Assembly: GCA_014297435.1 (NCBI GenBank)
Contig: JACOQA010000005.1
Coordinates: forward strand, 1-62,909
Length of the DNA: 62,909 nucleotides
Source of the DNA: Candidatus Nanohaloarchaea archaeon
GTDB lineage: Archaea > Nanohalarchaeota > Nanosalinia > Nanosalinales > Nanosalinaceae
Reading direction: 5' to 3'
The translations under genes were made by a program, and so were the position numbers. Below are positions 1 to 9,545 of this stretch, piece by piece; within the stretch, counting starts at the first letter, position 1, and the number at the start of each line of letters is the position of its first letter. The notes beneath the pieces were generated by a model. That model was given only the letters and a program-made list of their open reading frames with translations, did no database searches and was not told the DNA's origin.

Positions 1-138
1 GGAGGAAATAATGCATTTGGAGGAAAAATAGATGAAGCCCGTGTTTATAATCGTTCTCTGTCTCAAGGGGAGATTCAAAGATTGTATCAGGTCAGAAGCG
101 AGGATTGGGCTGTTAGTGGTTGTAAGTTGACAGGTTAA
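1..138 (+). CDS. C-terminal end of LamG/ConA-like jellyroll domain protein (5' truncated by window)
   Basis: Frame 1 reads GGNNAFGGKIDEARVYNRSLSQGEIQRLY...CKLTG*, matching the LamG 'F.G.IDEVRIYNRALS..EI..LY' signature; not in ORF track. Confidence 0.85.
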   Translation, partial: GGNNAFGGKIDEARVYNRSLSQGEIQRLYQVRSEDWAVSGCKLTG

Positions 139-728
139 ATCTCTATTTCGTTCACGGCGTCTTTCAGGTCGTCTATTTTTAGGTGGTAATATTGATCTAC
201 GGTGGTTTGTATGCTTTCGTGACCGAGTAGGCGTTTGACTTTCGACATCTCTTGTCCTTCGTTCAGTCTTATAGTGGCGTAGCTGTGTCGTAGGCTGTGT
301 GGCATTATTCGTTCTTCGTATGGCATTTCTTTGACATCTTCTTCTGTAATGCCTGTGGGGTATAGACCCGCCTCTAATGAGTGTTTTCGGACTTTCTTCT
401 GAAAGGCTCTTGGTGTTAGGTGGCTGTCGGATCGCTTACTTGGAAACAGATATTCCTGTGGTGAGAGTTGCTGTGTGTAGATTCGTAGTTCTTCGAGTAA
501 GTTGTCGGGTATGGGCACTGTTCTGCTTTTGTCGTTTTTGCTGTTTTTGACTTCTACTGTTTGGTTTTCGAGATCCAAGTTTTTCTTCTGTAGCGTGACT
601 GCTTCGCTGTTTCTTAATCCAAGTTTGGCGGTGGTTTTGAAGAGCATATGTATTCTTTCATCTTCGGGATTCATCCATAGCTTTCGTAGTTCTTGGCGAG
701 ATAGTGTTCTGACATTATTTTGACTCAT
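135..728 (-). CDS. Tyrosine recombinase/integrase (XerC/D-like, catalytic domain only)
   Basis: GLRNSE (Arg), HSLRHSYA (His-x-x-Arg), LLGHESIQTT...YY motifs; 197 aa, no N-terminal core-binding domain. Confidence 0.93.
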   Translation of the reverse strand: MSQNNVRTLSRQELRKLWMNPEDERIHMLFKTTAKLGLRNSEAVTLQKKNLDLENQTVEVKNSKNDKSRTVPIPDNLLEELRIYTQQLSPQEYLFPSKRSDSHLTPRAFQKKVRKHSLEAGLYPTGITEEDVKEMPYEERIMPHSLRHSYATIRLNEGQEMSKVKRLLGHESIQTTVDQYYHLKIDDLKDAVNEIEI

Positions 729-1155
729 TACGGGTCTCTGCGGCGGTTGTGGCTTTTATTACTTCGGGTTTTGTAGGGAATACGAAACTTGTCGTCAGAA
801 GGTTTTTACTGCCCGAAAACAGTCGTTTCAGCAATATCGGTAATAGAGACAGTCGGTTTTGGCGACCTTTGAAATCTGTCTTCTCCAAGAGCTACTTTCG
901 GTGTGAAACCACATACCTGTCTCTGTATAACGGCGTTATAGAGTTGAATACATAGTCGCCGATACGAGTCGAGAAACGACTATGAGAATAAGGTCATTTT
1001 CTGAGTTACTGTGGTGAGAGAAGTATATAATCTGTTATATATGAATTACATATTTCTATGTGGTTGTCACAGTTGTTACAGGTATCTGTGTACTGTTGGA
1101 GTAGAAAGAAGGAAGAGTAAAGGAAAGGTTTTCCTGTTTGCCTGTATCAACCGTA

Positions 1156-2612
1156 TCAATTGTCTTTGAGTCTTAGCCCTTTGAATCCTCTTCTGCGTTT
1201 GCCGTCTTTCATAGGTTTGTATTTTCTGACGCAGTTAATGTTCTTGAGTTCCTCTACGAGAGCCCGTTGTCCGTGTTCTTCAAGGTTGTTCCTGTCGCAG
1301 TATTTCTTGTATTCCTGATAAATGTCGTAGGAAAACTCTCTGAAATCCTTCATCTTGTCGTCTGCGTTGTACCTGAACTCTATCTTCTCCCGTATGAACT
1401 GATTGATCGAGTTACCTCCACTGTAGAGACAGGTTCTTTTCTCCTCAGGATTCCTGTCGTTCGTGAAGCGCCCCTTTTTCTGGAGACGTTTGGCTCCTTC
1501 GACAGCCCATTTTAGTATTCCTTCTAATTCGTCTTCTGTCGTGAGCTTCTGCTTCAGATTCTTGTCCTGTTCTTTCTCAGGGAAGGAATAGGGGAACTTG
1601 GCTACGAGCCATCGGTTCAGGTATTCGTTTCCGACCTTATCCTTTTGAGGAGTCGGGAAGTGATTTGCTGAAAACATTAACTTCGCCATAGGTCGGAACT
1701 TTATTGGTGATTCGTAGATTTCTCTTGCCTTGATTGAGTTACCGCTGACGATCTCCTTGAAGAACTGAACATCCTGTACATCCTTGTCAGAGAGATCGTG
1801 CCTAATGTTCACATACTTGTCTTTGAGTTCTGCCTTGTTGTACTTCTCATCGCAGATTTCCTGTAAGCTAAAATTGGCTATCGCTTCTTCCCCGAACAAC
1901 TCCTCTATAGTTCTGAGAAAGACTGTCTTTCCTGTGTTGGATGGGCCGAGAAGAAGTAACGCCTTTTCGTGTTTCTTCGTCCACTTCATTAGGCCGTAGC
2001 CGACATATTCCTGTAGTTTTTCCCTCTCCTTCGGATCAGGAACGCTTTTCTCAAGGAAGTCCTTGAACTTTGGACAATCAGCGTTCTTGTTGTAGTTGTG
2101 TGGGATTTTGTGAACTATGTAGTCGTCTTTCTGAATTGGTCTAAGTTTCATAACATCACCTTAAAGCAAAATTACGCCGTTCTTGACAGGGATTTCGTTT
2201 TCTGAAGGCCCTGTATCCTCTCTTGGTACTGGATTAATTGCCTTGATCTGATCGATTGTCTCTCTTCTGAGATAGGTCGAGTAGAGGTTTCTGACTGCTT
2301 CTCTCATATCCTGTCTTGAGATTTCACTGCTCTGTATCCTGCGTGTTCCACCATCCATTCTGAGAGGTCGTGAGCTATCTCTCTTTGAGAAGTGTCTTCA
2401 GAGGGCAGGAATACTGATTGAGCTTTCCTGTGAAGTTCTTCCAGTACTTCGTCCTTGCTTTCGTATCGACCTTTCATAGCGTCCACGTGTTGCCTATCCT
2501 TGAGTTCCTGTAGAGACGTGGATTTGAGGTTGGATCCGAACTGCCTGTCGCCGTTGTCGAACGCTTTTTTGGCCTTCTCCTGCTTTAGCTCTCTGAATTT
2601 CGACTTCTTCAT
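1156..2612 (-). pseudogene. Phage/plasmid P4-family (D5-like) primase-helicase, split into three pieces
   Basis: 1156-2151 has SF3 Walker A GPSNTGKT and FSANHFP; D5_N-like IPVKNGVILL*GDVMKLRP is interrupted by an in-frame TAA (2161-2163); further frameshift between 2304-2612 and 2161-2358. Confidence 0.75.
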
Positions 2613-2827
2613 TTTGAATCGGCCTCCTCTACGAAACCTTTTAGGATGGCTCTGACGAGGGAAGACCTGTTCTCAACTAAAGGTGTTCTATCAGCAACTT
2701 CCTCAAGGTTGCTAACCACTGATTTCTCCACCCGGACAGGAAGTACCTGTAGCTCTTTCTCACCGTTTCGGTTTTGATACCTTTTTAACAGAGAATCTGC
2801 ATCATCTAACGTGTACAACATAACCAC
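2609..2827 (-). CDS. Ribbon-helix-helix (CopG-like) protein
   Basis: LPVRVEKSVVSNLEEVA...NRSSLVRAILKGF fits the RHH pattern. Confidence 0.65.
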   Translation of the reverse strand: MVMLYTLDDADSLLKRYQNRNGEKELQVLPVRVEKSVVSNLEEVADRTPLVENRSSLVRAILKGFVEEADSK

Positions 2828-2839
2828 CTGTGGAGAGGG

Positions 2840-2953
2840 TTACAGGCCCTCCCTTGCTATTTTCTCTGCGAGTTGGAGTTCGCTTTCGGTCAGTTCCAAT
2901 CTGACCTCTTTCCTGTTGAGGAGTTGACGCAGTTCCTCTTCAGGTTTAACCAT
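2840..2953 (-). CDS. Small hypothetical protein (37 aa, MVKPEEELRQLLNRKEVRLELTESELQLAEKIAREGL)
   Basis: ATG overlaps the end of the upstream RHH gene, preceded by GGGGTGA SD-like sequence; fills the gap in the operon. Confidence 0.5.
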   Translation of the reverse strand: MVKPEEELRQLLNRKEVRLELTESELQLAEKIAREGL

Positions 2954-3143
2954 CCTGTTTCACCCCTAACGCTTTCTTTTCTTCGTCTGAGAGGTATGAG
3001 TGTCGGGCGAGTTCCCGTTTTACAGCCCTTCTGATAAATCCACTGTAGTTCTCTCCTCTTGCCTCACAGAATCCTTTCAGAGTTTCAGCAGTTGTTTTAT
3101 CAACCTTGGCACCGATTCTTTCAGTGTTAGACTCTTGTTCCAT
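2946..3143 (-). CDS. Ribbon-helix-helix DNA-binding protein
   Basis: MEQESNTERIGAKVDKTTAETLKGFCEARGENYSGFIRRAVKREL; start reassigned to ATG 3143. Confidence 0.7.
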   Translation of the reverse strand: MEQESNTERIGAKVDKTTAETLKGFCEARGENYSGFIRRAVKRELARHSYLSDEEKKALGVKQDG

Positions 3144-3213
3144 ATTGATCACAGGAAGACTGTGACGCCCTATACCCAAGATCAAATCCTGTTGAAAGAA
3201 TTTACAAGGTGCT

Positions 3214-3954
3214 TTGAAAATCGCAACAGCAGACCGTGAAAAGATAATAGAAGCCGTTTCCGAACAGATAGAGGGAGGAGGTTTCCCTCTGGATGTCAGT
3301 AAAATCGCAGGAAAAGTAGATATTTCCAAGAGAAATGTCAGAGATCATCTCAAAGAAATCGTCAGGGACGGCGATCTGATAGAGAAAAAGATAGGTCAGA
3401 AAAATTTCTACTTTCCTCCATCCTACGATCAAAGCAAGATAGAAGAGTTCAATCAGCTACAGAATGAGATCGAAAACGCTGTGGATCAACTTCGCATTAG
3501 GTATGCTGAGCTTCGAGATCCAACGCTCGAAGAAGTCGCTGAGGAAATTTCGAGAGATCCTGAAGACAAGACTTTCAGAAAACTATTCCACAAGATAAAG
3601 GAAGAAAAAGATGTTACAGAGCCGAGAGAAGAAGTAGTCAAGAGAGTTAATGGAGAACTATCTCAGATTATCAGGTTAGCCATAGAGATAGATAGAGGAA
3701 ATATGATAGAGGAACTTCCTGAAGAAGAGAAACCTGATCCTGAAATGATTTCAAGGTCAGAGAAGTATGCTGAAGAAAACAGAGAGCTAATGGATAAAAT
3801 TGACTACAAGGAGATTACTGAGGAGTTAGAAACTCCTAAAGAGTTTGAGGCCACGCTTCCAAAAGAGCTTCAGAATATTTTAGGAACGAGAAAAATGAAG
3901 ATAGTGGCGTCTGCTGAAGGAGGTCACAGACCGAAAAAGAACAAGGAACTTTAA
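3214..3954 (+). CDS. Winged-HTH domain protein, putative element regulator
   Basis: VSKIAGKVDISKRNVRDHLKEIVRDGDLIEKKIG wHTH; second HTH-like PTLEEVAEEI; divergent from RHH genes. Confidence 0.65.
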   Translation: MKIATADREKIIEAVSEQIEGGGFPLDVSKIAGKVDISKRNVRDHLKEIVRDGDLIEKKIGQKNFYFPPSYDQSKIEEFNQLQNEIENAVDQLRIRYAELRDPTLEEVAEEISRDPEDKTFRKLFHKIKEEKDVTEPREEVVKRVNGELSQIIRLAIEIDRGNMIEELPEEEKPDPEMISRSEKYAEENRELMDKIDYKEITEELETPKEFEATLPKELQNILGTRKMKIVASAEGGHRPKKNKEL

Positions 3955-4131
3955 TCTTGTCTCACATATATCTATTAACAGGTTAAATCCTGTTGGGATG
4001 TGTGAAGTTAAACTTTCCTCCTGTGCGGGCGTTATAAGGTCGTCTTTAAAATAATTCTCAACCTTGTCCAAGACTGGAATCTTTTTCTATAGACCATCTC
4101 TACCACACTAAAACAGGGGTGTGAGAAAGGG

Positions 4132-4335
4132 GTGGAGTTCGAATGCAAAAACTGCGGTTCTAAAGTTGAAAGACAGATACTAGGTCTCTCTCACGCAATA
4201 AGAGGGTGCGGCATGATGCTTGAAAGAGAGATGAACTGCTGCAGCTCTCCAACCTACATAGATGAAAAAGGAATACTCAAACACGGTGGTACACACAGCA
4301 CAAGACTTTTCTCCAAACTCAAACGCAGGTTCTGA
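4132..4335 (+). CDS. Small Cys-rich (zinc-binding) hypothetical protein
   Basis: CKNCG plus later C and CC residues. Confidence 0.5.
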   Translation: MEFECKNCGSKVERQILGLSHAIRGCGMMLEREMNCCSSPTYIDEKGILKHGGTHSTRLFSKLKRRF

Positions 4336-4373
4336 CCTACAACTTTTTCAAACACTACATTAAATCTTAGCTT

Positions 4374-5069
4374 ATGGTCTCAGCAGTTGAAATCCTTGCC
4401 AACCTAACGCTTTTACTCGACTTAACACTATTAGCTTCTTTAGGACTATACGGCTACACTAAGATACTTGGAAAAAGACCTGAGATTTTCGGACTCCTTG
4501 AAAAAACCGAAAATGTCCTAAATTGTTTTGGAAACGAACTAGTCTTTCTCTTATCTCTTACAGCGAGTTCTGGAAGCCTTTACATGTCGCAGATACTAGG
4601 TTGGACGCCTTGCATGCTATGCTGGGTGCAGAGAGCGTTTATTTACCCGATTGCAGTAGTGTCCGGACTTTTCCTAATTTCAAACTATATTGAAAGACAG
4701 GAAATCTTTGGTTTCAAGAAGGAAAGCTTCCGTGACTTCGGAATCGCAGCATTCTTCCTTGCAGCATCATACTGGAACAAGTTCTTCCTCTTAGGATTTA
4801 CAGTATTCTTAGCTGTAAAGTTCTTCCTTGAAGACATCAGGATGAAGGACCACGTGCTTCCGCTGGCAACTCTTGGACTTCCGGTCAGTATTTACCACGC
4901 TCTGGATCAGAGACTGGTTCAGTTCAGCGAGGCAGGCTGTTCAATCTTTGAAGTATCGTGTAAAACAAAGTACACTTTCCATTATGATTACATTACGATT
5001 CCGGTGATGGCGGCTACAGCCTTAATGGCGATAATAGTAGTAATGTGGAAGTTCTCGAAAGAAGAATAG
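4374..5069 (+). CDS. dsbB: Disulfide bond formation protein B family (DsbB/BdbC)
   Basis: PCMLCWVQRAFIYP motif, second Cys pair, multiple TM helices. Confidence 0.88.
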   Translation: MVSAVEILANLTLLLDLTLLASLGLYGYTKILGKRPEIFGLLEKTENVLNCFGNELVFLLSLTASSGSLYMSQILGWTPCMLCWVQRAFIYPIAVVSGLFLISNYIERQEIFGFKKESFRDFGIAAFFLAASYWNKFFLLGFTVFLAVKFFLEDIRMKDHVLPLATLGLPVSIYHALDQRLVQFSEAGCSIFEVSCKTKYTFHYDYITIPVMAATALMAIIVVMWKFSKEE

Positions 5070-6047
5070 TTAGTTAACCGTGTTTTCACGGTTTTCGACA
5101 TTTTCTATTGTCGTGTCTGCGATTCTCTGCATCGCCTCAATACTGTTGAAAGCGTTATGAGGTGTGATTATCACGTCATCTCTATTCATTAGAATATGGT
5201 CTTCTAGGATCAGTTTAGGATCGCACTCTTCCTCTAGATCGCCCATGACCTCTATGTCATCCTCGACGTAACATTCTTCCTCAAGCACGTCCAAGCCTGC
5301 GACTTGGATATTATCTTTCTCAAGTGCCTCGATCAAAGCCTCTGTGTCAACAAGCCCCCCTCTAGCCGTGTTTACAAGTAAAGAACCGTCCATCAACTCA
5401 AACTCTTCTCTTGATAGAAGGTGGTGGTTATCATCGGTTAAAGGGCAGTGAAGTGTAACTACGTCAGCTTTTTTCAGTAAATCTTCTGTGCTGACATACA
5501 TGAATCCTAGTTCTTCCTCAAGACCATCCTTTGGATAAGGATCTGAGGCGATAACATCCATATCGAAGCCATTCGCTATGCGGATAACGTTCTGACCTAT
5601 AGTCCCTGTTCCTACAACTCCTAGTGTTTTTCCTTTAAGATCAAAACCTCTAAGCCCGGAATGATCAAATTCGCCTTCCTCAACCTTTTCCACTGCTTCA
5701 GGTATCTTTCTTGAAAGCGAAAGAATCAATCCGAAGGCGTGCTCCGCAACTGTGGTGCCGCCGTAAGCAGGCACGTTACAGACATCTATATCTTCTTCAG
5801 AAGCTTTTTCTAGGTCGACATGGTCGAAACCGGTCGAGCGACAGCACACAAGATCGGCGTCTAAGTCTTCCAAAACAGATGCGTTAATTTCGGATGGAAC
5901 AAAGACTGCAACAGCATCAAAACCAGCTGCTTTTTCCACATTATTTTCGTTAAGCGACTCTTTGAAGAACTCTATCTCTAGATTCGGATTTTTGCCGGAT
6001 AGATATTCTTTTTCCCATTCCTCGGTGTCGAACCAGGCGACCTTCAT
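5070..6047 (-). CDS. D-isomer-specific 2-hydroxyacid dehydrogenase (D-lactate dehydrogenase-like)
   Basis: GTGTIG Rossmann motif, LHCPLT, VNTARG, TPHNAF. Confidence 0.93.
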   Translation of the reverse strand: MKVAWFDTEEWEKEYLSGKNPNLEIEFFKESLNENNVEKAAGFDAVAVFVPSEINASVLEDLDADLVCCRSTGFDHVDLEKASEEDIDVCNVPAYGGTTVAEHAFGLILSLSRKIPEAVEKVEEGEFDHSGLRGFDLKGKTLGVVGTGTIGQNVIRIANGFDMDVIASDPYPKDGLEEELGFMYVSTEDLLKKADVVTLHCPLTDDNHHLLSREEFELMDGSLLVNTARGGLVDTEALIEALEKDNIQVAGLDVLEEECYVEDDIEVMGDLEEECDPKLILEDHILMNRDDVIITPHNAFNSIEAMQRIADTTIENVENRENTVN

Positions 6048-6098
6048 ATGTTCTGGAAGGGCGGGGCTTGAATAAAAACATCAGCCAATCCTTTCGAT

Positions 6099-6446
6099 GT
6101 GAGAAAAACCGAGGTTAAATCAGATAGGGAAAAGTTTGATGTTGAGGTCGCAGAGTCCTTTATCTCGAAAAGCTGGGGTCTTAGCCTCAGAAGCTCCGGT
6201 AGAATGCTCTTCGTATTTAACCGAAACACGGGAGCTAAAGTAGATATGATGCTTCTTTCGAAACCTCTCCACCTTTACTTCCTTGATTCCGAAAAGAAAG
6301 TTATCGAAAAGCAGAAGGCAGAACCATGGAAGTTTGATCCAAGAACCTGGAAGCTTTACTCTCCGGAAAATAAGTACAGATATCTACTTGAGTCATTTGA
6401 ACGACTTGAAATAGGTGAAGGCGACAAACTCGAGTTCGAAGTTTAA
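6099..6446 (+). CDS. DUF192 family protein
   Basis: VEVAESFISKSWGL...MLFVF...PL..YFLD...YLLE pattern. Confidence 0.75.
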   Translation: MRKTEVKSDREKFDVEVAESFISKSWGLSLRSSGRMLFVFNRNTGAKVDMMLLSKPLHLYFLDSEKKVIEKQKAEPWKFDPRTWKLYSPENKYRYLLESFERLEIGEGDKLEFEV

Positions 6447-6448
6447 AG

Positions 6449-7036
6449 TTAGATAAATTTTTCTAGCGCATCTTCATGACCTTCGGGTATATATACTTCT
6501 TGATCTATCTCTTGGCAACCGAGACCCTTGTAGCCATCTACGAAATCATCGTAGGGTTCGAAGTGTCCGTTTGTTGGATCAGCAAAATATTCGCCCTCCT
6601 GGGTTTGGACTTTAAGCCATGCATGTTTGCCTTGCTTCGTTACACCTTCATCTTCATCGAAGAAGGGATAGAGCCCCTTTACATATGTCGATTCGAGCTC
6701 TTCGAGCTGCATTAGCATCTGTGCTGCTGCCGCCTTTTCTTTACACCGTCCTACCTCATATTTTATTGAGTGCTCGAGCGGAACTCTGTCTCCAAGCTGT
6801 TCTCCTGTTTGAGGGTTATATCTTTCTGCCGGATTATCGTATTCTAATCTTTGGTTTACGAAATCAGTTATTTCTTGTGCTGTCTCGTGTCCTGTTGATG
6901 CTTCCTTAAAATTCTTGAAATCTCCGTAGAACTGTTGGACAGCTTCCTCTCTAAAACTTGGAATCTCTACTTCGTGAGAATTTCCGCCTAGAATCATTCC
7001 TGACCTGAACTTTACGCCTCTAGCCCTCGAAGTCAC
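6449..7036 (-). CDS. Transglutaminase-like (Cys-His-Asp) domain protein
   Basis: GRCKEKA / HAWLKV / FADPT catalytic-triad spacing. Confidence 0.7.
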   Translation of the reverse strand: MTSRARGVKFRSGMILGGNSHEVEIPSFREEAVQQFYGDFKNFKEASTGHETAQEITDFVNQRLEYDNPAERYNPQTGEQLGDRVPLEHSIKYEVGRCKEKAAAAQMLMQLEELESTYVKGLYPFFDEDEGVTKQGKHAWLKVQTQEGEYFADPTNGHFEPYDDFVDGYKGLGCQEIDQEVYIPEGHEDALEKFI

Positions 7037-7110
7037 GTTGTTGTTATATGGTAGTAATTATATAAAACTAATGGTTTCGGCATAAAAGGATTTGCTGACC
7101 AATCAAATGT

Positions 7111-7791
7111 ATGGAACTTACAAAATTCTGCCCTCGATGCGGGAAAAAGACAGAGAACCTTTACGGTGAGAAACAGAAACTTTGTCCTGACTGTTATCCG
7201 GACAAGAATGACCTTCTTGAAGTCCCTGATGTCGTTACTCTCCACATTTGCTCTACATGTGGCAGGATGAGGAAAAACGGGGAGTGGATTGAGGAGTACA
7301 CTCTCGAGGATCAGTTGGCGGCTCGTTTCGAAGAATTCTCTCAGGAAGAAATCGATATGGAGCTTCAGTACTGGGAAGAAGACGACAAAATGTTTGTACG
7401 AGTCCACGCCTTCAAAGGTGAGATCCAGGATCATTACGATACCGAACTAAGAACGGAGAAGCATCAGTGTCCGACGTGTTCGCAGTTTGAAGGAGGTTTC
7501 TACAAGGTTAAGATGCAGCTGAGAGGTGATGCTGATCTCAATCGCTTATCCAACCAGATGGCGGATGTTGCGGCAGAGACAACTAACGAGGATAGGAAAC
7601 ACTTCCTTTCAAACATCAACAGAATGGATCACGGCTTCGATTTCTACCTTTCAACAGAAAAGATTGCGAAGGAACTGCTTGATTCACTAAGGGCAAAACA
7701 CGATCCTGAGATTAAGAGAAGCTATGAATTAATTGGGGAAGAAGATGGTCAGGAAGTTTACAGGAATGTGATTTCGGTCAGGATAGACTGA
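7111..7791 (+). CDS. nmd3: NMD3 family ribosome biogenesis protein
   Basis: CPRCG, LCPDC, CSTCG, CPTCS zinc motifs; GFDFYLS; context with aIF1A/RIO1. Confidence 0.88.
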   Translation: MELTKFCPRCGKKTENLYGEKQKLCPDCYPDKNDLLEVPDVVTLHICSTCGRMRKNGEWIEEYTLEDQLAARFEEFSQEEIDMELQYWEEDDKMFVRVHAFKGEIQDHYDTELRTEKHQCPTCSQFEGGFYKVKMQLRGDADLNRLSNQMADVAAETTNEDRKHFLSNINRMDHGFDFYLSTEKIAKELLDSLRAKHDPEIKRSYELIGEEDGQEVYRNVISVRID

Positions 7792-7809
7792 TTTTTTCTG
7801 AAGACTTGG

Positions 7810-7817
7810 TTTAAAAA
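7810..7817 (+). promoter_or_regulatory. TATA box (TTTAAAAA) about 30 nt upstream of the aIF-1A start, probably leaderless
   Basis: The same GGTTTAAAAAACT string precedes tRNA-Asn (about 14847-14859). Confidence 0.55.
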
Positions 7818-7839
7818 ACTGCGTTCCCACTGTTTCTGT

Positions 7840-8151
7840 ATGCCCGAAGACGAGGAAGAAGGAGTTGGACGTGTACGTGAACCGGAAGGAAAAGAAGTAC
7901 TTGGAATCGTCTTGAGAAAGGAAGGCGGCGGAAAATACCGCGTATACTGTACTGACGGCGAAGAAAGAATTTGCAGGATTCCTGGCAGCAGAAAAAGAGC
8001 TGTATGGGTCAAAAGAGATACAGTTGTACTTGTTGAGCCTTGGAAGGTTCAAGGCGATGAGAAAGGAGATATCGTGCAGAGCTACTCTCAGGCAGAGACT
8101 GATTGGCTTGAAGACCACGACCATCTAGATGAAATTTCCGAATTCCTCTAA
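7840..8151 (+). CDS. eif1a: Translation initiation factor aIF-1A
   Basis: VYCTDGEERICRIPG...W...VLVEPW...KGDI motif. Confidence 0.95.
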   Translation: MPEDEEEGVGRVREPEGKEVLGIVLRKEGGGKYRVYCTDGEERICRIPGSRKRAVWVKRDTVVLVEPWKVQGDEKGDIVQSYSQAETDWLEDHDHLDEISEFL

Positions 8152-8189
8152 ATCTATTCTTTTAACAATCTATACCACATTTTTCGCTT

Positions 8190-8954
8190 ATGGCTGAAGA
8201 TCCACGTGACTTCGAGGAGCGCTGGAGAGAAGAATCAAGGCAGATGTTCGACTCCTCGGAGGCTAAGAAAGCCTTCCAGAACGTATTTGACCATTCCACG
8301 TCTAAGGCTTTGCTTAAACTCGCGGATAGAAATGTTGTTGACAAGGTTTACGGAACTATTGAGGCTGGAAAGGAGTCGGCTGTTTTTCTTGCAGATACGC
8401 CTGAAGGCGACAGAATATTATTGAAGATTTACATGGCGCAGGCTGGCGGCTTCAGAAATATGAAGGATTATCTGAGAGGAGACAAACGTTTCAGAAACGT
8501 CAAGGACGACAGAAGATCTATCATATACGAGTGGACGAAGAAAGAGTTCAGGAACCTGAAAAAGGCTGAAAAGATCACTAATGTTCCGGAGCCGATTTCA
8601 GTAGAGAAAAACATCTTGGCGATGGAGTTTCTTGGGGAAGACTTTTCGCCTTACCCAAAGCTCAAGGATGTTGAGATAGAAAACCCAGAAGAGGGTTACA
8701 AACAGATGCTGGACCGGATCGAAGAACTCTGGAACGAAGCTAGCCTGGTGCACGGCGACCTCTCCGAATACAACATTCTTGTCGACAGAGAGGGTAACAG
8801 TTACTGGATAGATTTCTCACAAGGAGTCCATTTCACACATCCTGAGGCTGAGGAACTGTTGAAACGGGATATCGAGAATGTCGCGAACTTTTTCTCGAAA
8901 CAAGGAGCTGATATCGATCCTCGGAAAGACTGGAAACGGATTATTTCAAACTGA
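8190..8954 (+). CDS. rio1: RIO1 serine/threonine kinase
   Basis: AGKESAVF, KEFRNL, LVHGDLSEYNIL, IDFSQ. Confidence 0.95.
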   Translation: MAEDPRDFEERWREESRQMFDSSEAKKAFQNVFDHSTSKALLKLADRNVVDKVYGTIEAGKESAVFLADTPEGDRILLKIYMAQAGGFRNMKDYLRGDKRFRNVKDDRRSIIYEWTKKEFRNLKKAEKITNVPEPISVEKNILAMEFLGEDFSPYPKLKDVEIENPEEGYKQMLDRIEELWNEASLVHGDLSEYNILVDREGNSYWIDFSQGVHFTHPEAEELLKRDIENVANFFSKQGADIDPRKDWKRIISN

Positions 8955-9013
8955 GAAGCCCTGAATCCCGAGTTTAACCTATAAAAAGGTTGGAGACGCC
9001 AACCATTATAAGG

Positions 9014-9517
9014 ATGAGAGAGGTTCGTATACCTGAGGAAAGAGTCGCTATTCTGATAGGAGAGGGCGGAGAAACGAAGGAAGATATAGAAGACATGACT
9101 TCTTGCGATATTGAGGTAAGAGATAATCTTGCAACTATAGATGGCGAAGCTCTTGATGAAATGGATGCGGTTAACGTAGTAAAGGCTATAGGAAGAGGAT
9201 TTAACCCTGACAAAGCCTTGAAACTTGTTGAGAAAGATAAGATTCTACATTTAATGGATATAAAGGATTACGCGGAGACACAGAACTCTCAGGAAAGATT
9301 GAAGGGAAGAGTAATCGGGCGAGACGGAGAGACAAGAAGACACCTAGAAAAAGAAGGAAACGTAGAAATATCGGTTTACGGAAAAACAGTAGGTATTATC
9401 GGTGTCGCCCAGAACATTCAGATCGTTTCTGAGGTAATAAACCAGCTTCTGAACGGAAGAAGCCATAGCTCCGCCTACAACTACTTGGAGAAGAACCAGT
9501 CTAAGATCAAAAGATAA
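9014..9517 (+). CDS. KH-domain rRNA processing protein (Pno1/Dim2 family)
   Basis: LIGEGG and RLKGRVIGRDG KH motifs; AIGRGF. Confidence 0.92.
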   Translation: MREVRIPEERVAILIGEGGETKEDIEDMTSCDIEVRDNLATIDGEALDEMDAVNVVKAIGRGFNPDKALKLVEKDKILHLMDIKDYAETQNSQERLKGRVIGRDGETRRHLEKEGNVEISVYGKTVGIIGVAQNIQIVSEVINQLLNGRSHSSAYNYLEKNQSKIKR

Positions 9518-9545
9518 ACAAAACAACTTGGAGAAAAATGATACT

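Larger units (their letters stand above)
135..3954. mobile_element. Decayed integrated plasmid/virus-like element
   Basis: Recombinase, fragmented D5/P4 primase-helicase, two RHH proteins and a divergent HTH protein are clustered; att sites not identified, boundaries approximate. Confidence 0.7.
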
